Assembly: GCA_002373715.1 (NCBI GenBank)
Contig: DFLI01000051.1
Coordinates: 35,797 to 99,796, forward strand
Length of the DNA stretch: 64,000 nucleotides
Direction: 5' to 3'
Source of the DNA: Bacteroidales bacterium UBA3623
GTDB taxonomy: Bacteria; Bacteroidota; Bacteroidia; Bacteroidales; UBA932
Positions 28,059 to 37,485 of this stretch are shown here, piece by piece. The translations under genes and the position numbers were made by a program. Positions within the stretch are counted from its first letter, which is position 1. Every line of letters starts with the position of its first letter. The notes beneath the pieces are model-generated. The model was given only the letters and a program-made list of their open reading frames with translations. It did no database searches and was not told where the DNA came from.

Positions 28059-29678
28059 TCAAACCTTTACCACGTGGTCTGTGAAGCTGGCCGTGGCCTC
28101 CCGGTGGGAGATAATGAGGATGGTTTTGCTGCCGTGATAACGGGAGTGGATGTTCTTCAGCATGCGCTCTTCAGTGTTGGCATCCAGGGCCGATGTGCTC
28201 TCGTCCATGAGTAGCACGGTGCCGGGGTGCAGCAGGGCGCGGGCCACGGCAATTCGCTGAGCCTGGCCTTCGGAAAGGCCGCTGCCCACTTCCCCGCAAG
28301 GGGTGTCCAGTCCTTTGGGCAGCTTGAAGACAAAATCGGCCACAGCGGTTTCCAGGGCTTCCCGCATCTGCTCTTCGGTAGCCGATGGCGCCGCCAGCTG
28401 CAGGTTGCTGCGGATGGTGCCGCTAAGGAGGCTGTTCCCCTGCGGAACATAGAGGAAATTGCCGCGCAGCGCCACCCCGCTGGGCTGTCCGTCCAGGGTT
28501 ACTGTGCCCTCGGAGGGCTGAAGAAGTCCCATAACCAGCCTTAGGAGCGTACTCTTACCAATGCCCGTAGGGCCGGCAATGAGGGTGGTGGCGCCCGCCG
28601 GGAAAGTGCAGGAGAAATCCTTCAGAATGATTCTTTCACTGCCCGGGTAGCTATAGGTTACGTGAGAGACTTCAATTTGAGGGGCCTTATCCAGCAGCAC
28701 CGGCGGCACGCTGGGTTCCTCTTCCAGTTCCTGCAGTTCCTGCAGACGCTCTATGGAGGTGAGGGCGGTAATAACGGCAGGCACCTGGCGGCCAAATTCG
28801 GCTATGGGCCGCTGCACCTGACCCACCAGCTGCAGGAAGGCTGTCATCATACCATAAGTAACCGTTCCGTGCAGGATGCCGAATACACCCCAGAGGAAAG
28901 CGGCGGCGTGGCCGGCCTGGAAACCCAGGAACATGCATCCGCGCGCCACGGCGTTAAAATTGAGACGTTTGCGGGTATTGTCTTCTACGTCTTTCTGCAG
29001 CCAGCCAAACTTCTCCAGCACGCGTTCTACATTGGTGAGCGTGAGCACCAGCACGCGGTGCTGCAGGCTCTCCTGCATAACCTGCTGGAGTTCGCTCTCG
29101 CGGGCGCGAATGGCAGCCATAATCTTGCGAAGCTGCTTGAAAAAGAGTTTGGAGCCAAACACGGCCGAGAACATGAGGATGAGCAGCACCCACAACAGAT
29201 TCGGCGCCAGCATAAGCAGATAAGTGGAGGCGGCCACCAGCTGTAGCAGGGTTACCACCAGCCCGGGAATACGGGCCGATAGCAGCTCTGCCACCACGCG
29301 GATGTCTTCCTCCAGACGGTTCACCGTGTCTCCGGAGAGGAAACGGTCACGGCCGTCCCAGCGGCTTCTTAAAACATGGCCGAAGAGCTGGGCGCGAAGG
29401 ATGTTCTGGGTTTTTACCTGGCAGTAGCTCTCCCACCAGCCGGAAACCAGGAAGGCGGCCACTTGCAGCACCAGCACCCCCACGAAAATCCAGATAGCGG
29501 GCCAGAGCGGGAAGCTGCTTTGCCCCGTGGCAATGTCCACCAGCTGTTTACTGGCCCATACGAAAGCCAGGGAAGCGGCAATGCGGACCAGGCCCACGGC
29601 CAGGCTCACTACCATCCTCCATCGGACGGGAGCGCTCATGCCCCAGAGGGCTTTCATGCTTTCCCTGAAGCTAATCAT
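28059..29678 (-). CDS. ABC exporter, fused permease/ATPase
   Basis: About 6 TMs; GPTGIGKST Walker A, LSEGQAQR signature, LLMDE Walker B, SHR H-loop. Confidence 0.93.
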   Translation of the reverse strand: MISFRESMKALWGMSAPVRWRMVVSLAVGLVRIAASLAFVWASKQLVDIATGQSSFPLWPAIWIFVGVLVLQVAAFLVSGWWESYCQVKTQNILRAQLFGHVLRSRWDGRDRFLSGDTVNRLEEDIRVVAELLSARIPGLVVTLLQLVAASTYLLMLAPNLLWVLLILMFSAVFGSKLFFKQLRKIMAAIRARESELQQVMQESLQHRVLVLTLTNVERVLEKFGWLQKDVEDNTRKRLNFNAVARGCMFLGFQAGHAAAFLWGVFGILHGTVTYGMMTAFLQLVGQVQRPIAEFGRQVPAVITALTSIERLQELQELEEEPSVPPVLLDKAPQIEVSHVTYSYPGSERIILKDFSCTFPAGATTLIAGPTGIGKSTLLRLVMGLLQPSEGTVTLDGQPSGVALRGNFLYVPQGNSLLSGTIRSNLQLAAPSATEEQMREALETAVADFVFKLPKGLDTPCGEVGSGLSEGQAQRIAVARALLHPGTVLLMDESTSALDANTEERMLKNIHSRYHGSKTILIISHREATASFTDHVVKV

Positions 29679-29941
29679 TCCGCTACGCCTTGTTCTTTCC
29701 AGCTGTCGGCCAACTTTTGAGAATCGGCCAATGCTACATCGGCCGATACGTCATATTTTTCCTGCAGGAGGGCGGCCAGGTCTTCCACCATGAAGTCTTT
29801 CCCCTTCACCTGTTCCCACAGCCAGGCAGCACTGGCATTGAGGGATAGCAGTTTGTTAAAGTTCACCTGGGCCAGGCCTTCGCCCACCACCACGTTTTCT
29901 CCGCAAATGGTGCGGAGGATGAATCCATCTTTAATTCTCAT
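29675..29941 (-). CDS. PqqD-family protein / RiPP recognition element (RRE)
   Basis: 88 aa: MRIKDGFILRTICGE.VVV...LNASAAWLWE...EDLAALL.EKYDV...A..D...L..W...G; start ATG 29941. Confidence 0.88.
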   Translation of the reverse strand: MRIKDGFILRTICGENVVVGEGLAQVNFNKLLSLNASAAWLWEQVKGKDFMVEDLAALLQEKYDVSADVALADSQKLADSWKEQGVAE

Positions 29942-30357
29942 TGTATTCTTCTGTATATACCCAGCAGGATGCGCCTGAGGGGCAGCAGGTGCTTCCACAC
30001 CTTTCCCTTGGAGGGTTTAAACGTTTTATCTCCTCTTACTATGGCCACCACCGTACCTATCACGTCTGCCTTTCCGCAGGTTTCCAGCTGGTCCAGGTTG
30101 CCGTCTCCCATGAGGGTGAGGCGGTTGCGGTTTTCCAGCATAACGCGGTGCATTACATATCGGTCTTCTAAGCGGGCCAGCACTATGTCTCCCTCTTCCA
30201 CGTCCGGCAGCCAGCGCAGCACCACGCTGTCTCTGCCTTCCTTGATAAAGGGCAGCATGCTGTTTCCTTTGGGGGCCAGGGTTACGTCCCGGCCTTCTGC
30301 TAACAGGGAGGCTGCTTCTTCCAGCAGCACTTCGTTGGGGAGGGTTAGCTTAGTCAT
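29938..30357 (-). CDS. S24/S26-family peptidase (Ser-His variant)
   Basis: KGNSMLPF, GDIVLA, YVMHRV, MGDGN motifs; start ATG 30357 overlapping upstream stop. Confidence 0.85.
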   Translation of the reverse strand: MTKLTLPNEVLLEEAASLLAEGRDVTLAPKGNSMLPFIKEGRDSVVLRWLPDVEEGDIVLARLEDRYVMHRVMLENRNRLTLMGDGNLDQLETCGKADVIGTVVAIVRGDKTFKPSKGKVWKHLLPLRRILLGIYRRIQ

Positions 30358-31234
30358 GGACGGTTTGGTAGCATAAGTGGGCGGCCTCCGCGTTGGGGAG
30401 GCAGTCCAGGGAATAGCAAGGGACGGTGGCCACCAAAGCTTCCAGCGTGCGGTGCCAGCCGTCGGATAATTGTTTAAAAGGCCGGAAGGCCGATGCGGAA
30501 GCCATGAGCGAAGCATAGGCTTCCAGCTTGTTCAGCCGCCGGATGGCGTTATGAGGGGCCTGCTGCAGGCGCACCACGGCCCCAACAGGGACGTCTTTGG
30601 CCTTGTAACAAGGGGTTTTCCCGCTCCAGGGACTGCCGTACACGCGGATGCTGCCATCTGGCAGAAGGCGCAGGATGGGGTTGTCGTCGTTCAAGAGTTC
30701 CGTTTCCGGGATGTTTTCCAGCCAAAGGCGGCTGTGGGTGCTTTTGCCCGTTCCGCTGCGGCCCAGGAAAAGGTATCCCTTCCCTGCCTGCATAACCACG
30801 GAGGAATGCATTTCCAACGCACCCTGATGGGCGGTGGAAAAGGCAAACAGCAGCATAAGGGCATTGTTAAGTCCGAATTGAGGGTCTGTTCCGGTGAGGA
30901 AAAGCTGTGCCTCAGAAAAGTCTTTCTGCGCCTTGAGCCATGCGGCTACGGGCGCTTCGGGCAGCGGACGCATGCGGAAGACATAGCCTTCCGCCAGATC
31001 CCAGATGGCAATCTCCGGAAAACCGGGGCCATCCTGCGTACAGAAGAGCGGCGCTCCCGCCGGCTCTTCCCACTTCCCTACCTGCTCTATGCTAAAGAGA
31101 GGCCCCCGATCAAGCCGGGGGTGACGGTCGCCGTCCTGCATCTCAAATGGCCGAAGATTCTCCATGCCTTCCAGCAGGGCTTCATCGGCCCTTATCCGGA
31201 ATGCGAATCCCGCCACTTGATAGCACTTTAGCAT
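30350..31234 (-). CDS. HPr-kinase/PEPCK-type P-loop kinase-like protein
   Basis: MHSS, FLGRSGTGKST Walker A, LLNDD, YGSPWSGK; start ATG 31234. Confidence 0.8.
   Translation of the reverse strand: MLKCYQVAGFAFRIRADEALLEGMENLRPFEMQDGDRHPRLDRGPLFSIEQVGKWEEPAGAPLFCTQDGPGFPEIAIWDLAEGYVFRMRPLPEAPVAAWLKAQKDFSEAQLFLTGTDPQFGLNNALMLLFAFSTAHQGALEMHSSVVMQAGKGYLFLGRSGTGKSTHSRLWLENIPETELLNDDNPILRLLPDGSIRVYGSPWSGKTPCYKAKDVPVGAVVRLQQAPHNAIRRLNKLEAYASLMASASAFRPFKQLSDGWHRTLEALVATVPCYSLDCLPNAEAAHLCYQTVHD
31096..31126 (-). repeat. CGTC-type REP palindrome inserted in frame in kinase gene
   Basis: Minus strand cgtcacccccggcttgatcgggggcctctct; 25/31 identical to 59224-59254; encodes RHPRLDRGPL. Confidence 0.75.
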
Positions 31235-31302
31235 TTTTTTTAAACTTTTATACAAAGATAACACATTTTCTTTTGTATATTTGTCAAGATTCACAGCACG
31301 TT

Positions 31303-31722
31303 ATGAAGAAAATCGTTTCGTCCCTGCTTCTTCTGGCCCTGCTTCTTCCCCAGGCAAGGCTTCACGCGCAACAATTGCACAAGATCACCTTTACTCCCCA
31401 ATGGACGGCCCAGTCCCAATTTGCCGGCTATTACATAGCCCTGGGCATGATGGACGGCATGGTATTCCAGGGAGAAAGCATCGACAACATTCGCGAGTGG
31501 CAGTTCCTGGCCTACACCGACGGCCTCAACGAAGCTGAGAACCCGGAGTACGAGCTCTTCGGCAACGACCGCCTCATTGAGATTATGGACACCCTGGGCA
31601 GCGAAAATTCTGCCACCGTAATCCGGGTGCTGCAGGAAGAAGTGGAGAAGCACCGTAACGGCGCCACTCCCAGCGACGACCTCACTCTCCTTTGCCTCAG
31701 ACTAACCAAAAATAAGAAATAA
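31303..31722 (+). pseudogene. Chimeric deletion remnant: NMT1/THI5-like solute-binding N-terminus fused to SpoIIE phosphatase C-terminus
   Basis: Signal peptide + FTPQWTAQSQFAGYYIA joined at ALG to LGMMDG...YTDGLNEAEN...FG.DRL...SDDLTLL. Confidence 0.75.
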
Positions 31723-31724
31723 CT

Positions 31725-32585
31725 ATGAAACTGGACGGAAGACGGGAAAGTACCCACGTAGAAGACCGCAGAGGCATGAGCGGCAAGACCGCCGGCCTGG
31801 GCATAGGCGGCATTGCCATTGTTGCCATCCTTACCCTCCTGATGGGAGGAGACCTGGGAGACGTAATTAACGTGGTGTCCCAGTCGGGCGGCGTGGGCCA
31901 AACCGTAACCAATTACGAACCCACTCCCGAGAACGAGGCCCTGGCCAAGTTCTCCCGCCAGATTCTGGCCTCTACCGAAGATGTCTGGACCCAGTATTTC
32001 GCAGAAAACGGCCTGGGTAACTACAAGGCCCCTACCCTGGTGCTCTATACCGGCAGCACCAGCACTTCCTGCGGCCAGGGACAGGCTGCCATGGGCCCCT
32101 TCTACTGTAGTGCCGATGAAAACCTGTACATAGACCTCTCCTTCTTCTCCAGCATGCGGCAGCAGCTGGGGGCCGACGGAGACTTTGCCTACGCCTACGT
32201 GATTGCCCACGAGGTGGGTCATCACGTGCAGCACCTGCTGGGCACGCTGGACCAGGCCCACAGCCAGATGGCCCGCATGTCCAAGGCCGATGCCAACAAG
32301 GTGAGCGTACGGATTGAACTGCAGGCAGATTTCTATGCCGGTGTATGGGGCCACTACGAGAGCGCCCTCTTTGGCTCCCTGGAAGAGGGAGACCTGGAGG
32401 AAGCCATCAACTGCGCCTCGGTAATTGGAGACGATTACTTGCAGAAAAAGGCCCAGGGCTATGCCGTAGAAGAGTCTTTCACCCACGGCACCGCCGCCCA
32501 GCGCATGCGCTGGCTCAAGAAGGGACTATCTACGGGAGATGTAAGGCAGGGAGACACTTTCAGCGTACCTGAAAGCCAGCTCTAA
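31725..32585 (+). CDS. Neutral zinc metallopeptidase (YpfJ-like)
   Basis: RESTHVEDRRG, MGPFYC..D, AHEVGHHVQ, ELQADFYAG, SFTHG...QR..W. Confidence 0.92.
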   Translation: MKLDGRRESTHVEDRRGMSGKTAGLGIGGIAIVAILTLLMGGDLGDVINVVSQSGGVGQTVTNYEPTPENEALAKFSRQILASTEDVWTQYFAENGLGNYKAPTLVLYTGSTSTSCGQGQAAMGPFYCSADENLYIDLSFFSSMRQQLGADGDFAYAYVIAHEVGHHVQHLLGTLDQAHSQMARMSKADANKVSVRIELQADFYAGVWGHYESALFGSLEEGDLEEAINCASVIGDDYLQKKAQGYAVEESFTHGTAAQRMRWLKKGLSTGDVRQGDTFSVPESQL

Positions 32586-33514
32586 CCTTTACGGTACTCG
32601 GAAGGCGTCATGCCCGTGTGGGCTTTGAAGAACTTGTAGAAGACCGACTGGTTGGGGAAATGCAGTGCGTACACTATTTCCTTAATGGTTTTGTCGGAGT
32701 ATTTGAGCATGTTCTTGGCCTCCAGAATTACGAATGAATCTATCCAGGCGGGCGCACTGCGTCCGCTTGCCTGTTTTACCAGCTTGGACAAATACTTGGG
32801 AGTGAGGCAGAGTTTATCGGCATAAAAGGCCATGCCGCGCTCTGTGTTGTGGTACTCCGTAACCAGAGCAATGAAACGCTCGAACAGCTGGTTCACCCGG
32901 GCCGATGAGGGCGTCTGCGCCTTGCGAGCCTCGTTGAGCGCGCGCGTGCACACGTCCATAGCCATATAGGTAAAGGAGGTAACCAGCGAGCCCAGCATCT
33001 CCTTTTTGTTTTCTTTGTCACTCAGCACCACCTCGCGGGCCAGGGTGAAGTAGCCCTCGGCCAGGGCTACATCGGCCTCATTCAAAGTGATGCAGGGGTT
33101 TTTCAGGAGGCTCAGGCTTTCCTGGAATACTTTGTTAAAGTCGAAGCGGATGCCGCTCATGAATTCCCTGGAGGCCAGCACAAAGTACAGTTGGGCGTCT
33201 CCGATATGATCCTCTTCATAGGAGGTAAGCTTGATGATATTACCCGGCACGTTCACCAGCAGGGACTGGGGCTTTACCTCGTAGCTGTTCAGGTTCAGGT
33301 CTATGGTGAAGTGACCGCTGCGGAGGAAAAAGATAATATAGCCGTCAAAGCGCACGGGGTATTTGAGCATGGACAGGACGGCCTGGCTCTTTTCTACCCG
33401 CTTACCACTCACCTCTCCCAGGATAAAGTCTGTTCCCAGGGAATATTCGTCAATGACCGGAGCCAGCGAGAGGATGCGCCGGATATCTATGGTCTGTAAA
33501 GCTTCATTCTCCAT
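32582..33514 (-). CDS. AraC-family transcriptional regulator
   Basis: FYADKLCLTPKYLS..VK..SG...F.NQS.F.KFFK.HTG.TP.EYR; divergent from efflux operon; start ATG 33514. Confidence 0.93.
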   Translation of the reverse strand: MENEALQTIDIRRILSLAPVIDEYSLGTDFILGEVSGKRVEKSQAVLSMLKYPVRFDGYIIFFLRSGHFTIDLNLNSYEVKPQSLLVNVPGNIIKLTSYEEDHIGDAQLYFVLASREFMSGIRFDFNKVFQESLSLLKNPCITLNEADVALAEGYFTLAREVVLSDKENKKEMLGSLVTSFTYMAMDVCTRALNEARKAQTPSSARVNQLFERFIALVTEYHNTERGMAFYADKLCLTPKYLSKLVKQASGRSAPAWIDSFVILEAKNMLKYSDKTIKEIVYALHFPNQSVFYKFFKAHTGMTPSEYRKG

Positions 33515-33705
33515 AAGGATGCGAATTTTTGACAAAGGTAGGCATTTTTTCTTAAAATTCGCAATTTTTCTCAATTTTCGACCTTTTGAATAATTTCAAG
33601 GCCAGAAGGCTCTCGTATCAGTCCAAAATTGGCAGTATTTTTGCAATCCCAAACGGTGCATCCCGCCAAAAGGGAATATATGACAATATGACAAAAAACG
33701 ACCAT

Positions 33706-35298
33706 ATGAAAAAAATCATCCTTCTCAGTATCCTGGCTATGGGCACTTTGACGGCCGCAGCCCAGGAGAACGTTTCTTACAACGGGCAAGCCCTTACCCT
33801 GGACGACTGCCGCCAGATGGCCATCCAGCAGAGCAAGGAGCTCCAGCAGGCCCGTACCCAGATTGAAATGGCCTCTTACGACCGCAAGATTGCCCTGGCC
33901 AATTATTTCCCGTCTGTAAGCGCTACCGGCGCCTACCTATATAATAACAGGGATATCGCCCTCATTTCCGATGAGCAGAGCGCCATCCTTCAAAACGCAG
34001 GTACCCTGGTGCAGGGTCAGATGGATGCCTACATGGCCGGCGTATCCCAGCAGATGGGAACCGCCATGCAGCAGAAAATGACCCAGCTGATGACGGCCAT
34101 CCAGACCAACCCGGCCCTGGCCGCCGAATACATGGGCAGCCCCATGTGGCAAACCGTGCTGAAGATGCTTCAGGGCGTGGATCCGTCTTCCCTGGCAGGT
34201 CTGGTCCCGAACATCGCCGACCCGGTGAACGCCATTGGGGCCGACATTGACAAGTCCCTGCACCCGGACCTGCACAATATCTGGGTAGGGGCCGTTACCG
34301 TGCAGCAGCCGCTGTTCGTGGGCGGAAAGATTATCTACTCCAACCAGATGGCCGCCCTGGCAGAAGACCTGGCCCAGTCCAAGTACGATATGAAGTATGC
34401 CGACGTTGTGGTGGATGTGGACCAGGCATACTGGCAAATTATCTCCATTGCCAATAAGAAGAAGCTGGCCGAGAGCTACGTGGACCTCCTGCACCAGATG
34501 GAGCAGGAAGTAGATGCCGCCATTGCCGCCGGCGTAGCCACCGACAGCGACGCCCTGCAGGTGAAGGTAAAGGCCAACGAGGCCGAGATGATGCTTACCA
34601 AGGCCTCCAACGGCCTCACCCTCTCCAAGATGCTGCTTTGCAAGCGCATCGGCCTTCCCCTGGAAAGTGAAATAACCCTGGCCGATGAGAACCTGGAAGT
34701 GATTCCCGAGCCCGTGAGCCCCGTGGAAAAAAGCATGGAAGACATTTACGCCTCCCGTCCTGAAACCCGCAGCCTCACCCTGGCCTCCCAGATTTATGAC
34801 AAGAAAGCCAAAGTGGTAAGGGCCGATATGATGCCCAAGGTAGCCCTCACGGCCAACTACCTGGTATCCAACCCCAATGCCTTCAACGGCATCCAGAACA
34901 CCTGGAACGGAGGCATGTTCACCGCCGGCGTGATGGTGAACGTTCCCATCTTCCACGGCCTGGAGAATGTGAACCGCTACAAGAAGGCCAAGGCCGAGGC
35001 CACGCTGTACCAAAGCCAGCTGGCCGATGCCAAAGAGCTGATTGGCCTGCAGGTAACCCAGCAGCGCAAGCTCTTCGGAGAAGCCCGGGAGAAGCTATCC
35101 ATGACCGAATCCAACCTGGAAAGCGCCGAGGAGAACCTGCGCAAAGCTACTGTTGGTTTTGAAGCCGGCGTGGTCTCCACCAACACCGTACTGGGCGCCC
35201 AGACCGCCTGGCTCAGCGCCCACAGCGAATACATAGACGCCGGCATAGAACTCCAGATGGCCGCCGCCAACCTGAACAAAGCCGAAGGTCTTAACTAA
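33706..35298 (+). CDS. TolC-family outer membrane efflux protein
   Basis: Signal peptide; LTLDDCRQMA, NYFP, QPLFVGGKI, VDQAYW, AEENLR.A..GFEAG. Confidence 0.92.
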   Translation: MKKIILLSILAMGTLTAAAQENVSYNGQALTLDDCRQMAIQQSKELQQARTQIEMASYDRKIALANYFPSVSATGAYLYNNRDIALISDEQSAILQNAGTLVQGQMDAYMAGVSQQMGTAMQQKMTQLMTAIQTNPALAAEYMGSPMWQTVLKMLQGVDPSSLAGLVPNIADPVNAIGADIDKSLHPDLHNIWVGAVTVQQPLFVGGKIIYSNQMAALAEDLAQSKYDMKYADVVVDVDQAYWQIISIANKKKLAESYVDLLHQMEQEVDAAIAAGVATDSDALQVKVKANEAEMMLTKASNGLTLSKMLLCKRIGLPLESEITLADENLEVIPEPVSPVEKSMEDIYASRPETRSLTLASQIYDKKAKVVRADMMPKVALTANYLVSNPNAFNGIQNTWNGGMFTAGVMVNVPIFHGLENVNRYKKAKAEATLYQSQLADAKELIGLQVTQQRKLFGEAREKLSMTESNLESAEENLRKATVGFEAGVVSTNTVLGAQTAWLSAHSEYIDAGIELQMAAANLNKAEGLN

Positions 35299-35321
35299 GA
35301 ATTAATTAAAGAATACATATT

Positions 35322-36314
35322 ATGGCAAAGAAGAATTACAACCTCCTCATTGGAGTGACGGCCCTCGTGGGCATTATCCTCAGTGTTTCCATCATTGGCT
35401 ATGTGGTTTCCCGTCCTAAGGATATCGTGATCCAGGGCGAGGCCGAGGCCACCGAATACCGCGTTTCCGGTAAGGTGCCGGGCCGTATTGAAGCGTTCCG
35501 CGCCGGCGAGGGCGAGCAGGTTCACAAAGGTGACACGCTGGTGCTGATTGACTCCCCGGAAATCCGTTCCAAGATTGCCGAGGCCAACGCCGCCAAGGCC
35601 GCTGCCGTGGCCCAGCGCAACAAGGCCTACAACGGCGCCCAGCAGGAGCAGATTACCGGTGCCTACGAGATGTGGCAGAAAGCCCTGGTGGGCGAAGATG
35701 TCATGCGCAAGAGCTACGAGCGCATGCAGAAGCTACACGAGCAGAAAGTGGTGTCCGACCAGAAATTCGATGAGGTGGAGGCCCAGTACAATGCTGCCGT
35801 AGCCACTGCCAAGGCTGCCAAGAGCCAGTACGACCTGGCCGTGAAGGGCGCCCGTCAGGAAGACAAGGATGCTGCCGTGGCTCTGGTGGAGCGTGCCAAC
35901 GCTGCCGTAGAGCTGGTGAACTCCTACCTGGACGAGATTACCCTCACCGCTCCCGCCGACGGTATTATATCGGCCCGTTATCCCAAGGTGGGCGAACTGG
36001 TGGGCCAGGGCTCCCCTATTATGACCATCCAGGATTTGGACGACATGTGGTTCACCTTCAACATCCGTGAAGACCGCCTGCACAAGATGCAGCAGGGAGA
36101 CAAGGTTACCCTTACCATCCCGGCCCTGGACAACGCCCAGGTTACCGCTACCGTATACTATATGGCCGTTCGTGAGTCTTACGCCACCTGGCGTGCCACC
36201 AAGGAAATGGGCGAATTTGACACCCGCACCTTCGAGGTGCGTGCCCGGCCCGACACCCGCGTGGAAGGTCTCCGTCCCGGTATGAGTGTGATTCTTATTT
36301 CCAAGGAAAAATGA
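35322..36314 (+). CDS. HlyD-family membrane fusion protein
   Basis: VSGKVPGRI..EGEQV.KGDTL, APADG.I..GELVG.GSP, LRPGMSV. Confidence 0.93.
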   Translation: MAKKNYNLLIGVTALVGIILSVSIIGYVVSRPKDIVIQGEAEATEYRVSGKVPGRIEAFRAGEGEQVHKGDTLVLIDSPEIRSKIAEANAAKAAAVAQRNKAYNGAQQEQITGAYEMWQKALVGEDVMRKSYERMQKLHEQKVVSDQKFDEVEAQYNAAVATAKAAKSQYDLAVKGARQEDKDAAVALVERANAAVELVNSYLDEITLTAPADGIISARYPKVGELVGQGSPIMTIQDLDDMWFTFNIREDRLHKMQQGDKVTLTIPALDNAQVTATVYYMAVRESYATWRATKEMGEFDTRTFEVRARPDTRVEGLRPGMSVILISKEK

Positions 36315-37483
36315 GTTGGCTTAATCAGTGGTACCAGGTTGTCCGCCGCGAAGTGCGCATTATGTACAGCCGCCCCATCTATTTGCTGGGGTCGGTAGGT
36401 GTGATGGCGGCATCGGCCCTGTTCTTCCTTACTTTCATGGGAGAAGGGCTGCCCCAAAAACTGCGCATTGGCGTAGTGGACCTGGACCAGACTTCTACCT
36501 CCCGGAACTTCCGGGAGCAGCTGGACGCCACCCAGCTGGGCAGCGTAGTGGACTTTGAGTCTGTGAGCGACGCCAGCCGGGAACTGGAAACCGGCCGCAT
36601 CTATGGATATGTGGTGGTTCCCCGCCATTTTGACGAGGATGTGCAAAGCTTCCGCAGCCCCAAGATGGAGGTGTATGTAAACACGCTGTATCCGGTGATT
36701 GGTGGTGCCCTGGCCTACAAGGATATCCTGTACATGGTGAACCTGACCAACGGTGCCGTGCAGCGGGAAGTGCTTCGGGCCAAAGGCATGAACGACCACG
36801 AGATTATGGCCTCCATCCAGCCCGTGAACATAGATGCCCACACCGTGGGAAATGCCCCCACCAACTACAGCTATTACCTGGTGAACATGATTCTGATGGG
36901 CGTGCTGGCCATGTGCATCACCCTCATCACCGCCTACGCCGTGGGCTCCGAGCTCAAGTACGGCACCTCCAAGCACCTGCTGGAGGCTTCCGGAGACTCC
37001 ATCTTCACCGCCATCCTGGGCAAACTGGCCCCCTACACCCTCCTGTTCGAGGTACTGGGCGTGGTGTTGCAACTGCTGCTGTACGGCCCGCTGCACTACC
37101 CCATGAACGGCTGCATGGGCTGGCTCATTCTGGCCACGCTGGTGTTTGTGATGGCCTACGAAGCCGTGGGCGTGTTCATTGTGGCCATGGTACCCACCCT
37201 GCGTCTGGGCGTTTGCATCAGCGCTCTGTACAGCGTGCTGGGCTTCTCCTTCGCCGGTTTCACCCTGCCGGTGAGTTCGCTGCCCGCAGCCCTCCAGGGC
37301 ATGAGTGCCATCTTCCCGCTGCGCTTCTACTATCAACTGTATGTGCGCGAAGTGCTGTACGGCACCGGTTTCGCCGGCTGGTGGTGCTACCTGGTGTATA
37401 TGCTGCTCTTCCTGCTTATCCCCTTCCTGGGAGCCAGGAGGCTCCACAATGCCTACCGCTACCAGAATTATCCCCGTAACTAA
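36311..37483 (+). CDS. ABC-2 type transporter permease
   Basis: IGVVDLDQTSTSR periplasmic domain, multiple TMs, FAGFTLP. Confidence 0.9.
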   Translation: MSWLNQWYQVVRREVRIMYSRPIYLLGSVGVMAASALFFLTFMGEGLPQKLRIGVVDLDQTSTSRNFREQLDATQLGSVVDFESVSDASRELETGRIYGYVVVPRHFDEDVQSFRSPKMEVYVNTLYPVIGGALAYKDILYMVNLTNGAVQREVLRAKGMNDHEIMASIQPVNIDAHTVGNAPTNYSYYLVNMILMGVLAMCITLITAYAVGSELKYGTSKHLLEASGDSIFTAILGKLAPYTLLFEVLGVVLQLLLYGPLHYPMNGCMGWLILATLVFVMAYEAVGVFIVAMVPTLRLGVCISALYSVLGFSFAGFTLPVSSLPAALQGMSAIFPLRFYYQLYVREVLYGTGFAGWWCYLVYMLLFLLIPFLGARRLHNAYRYQNYPRN

Positions 37484-37485
37484 CT

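Noticed and set aside
27414-31234. Calling this a lasso peptide or PQQ biosynthesis cluster
   Set aside because: No asparagine-synthetase-like cyclase, B2 protease or pqqBCE genes in the window; only the RRE, kinase and exporter parallels hold.
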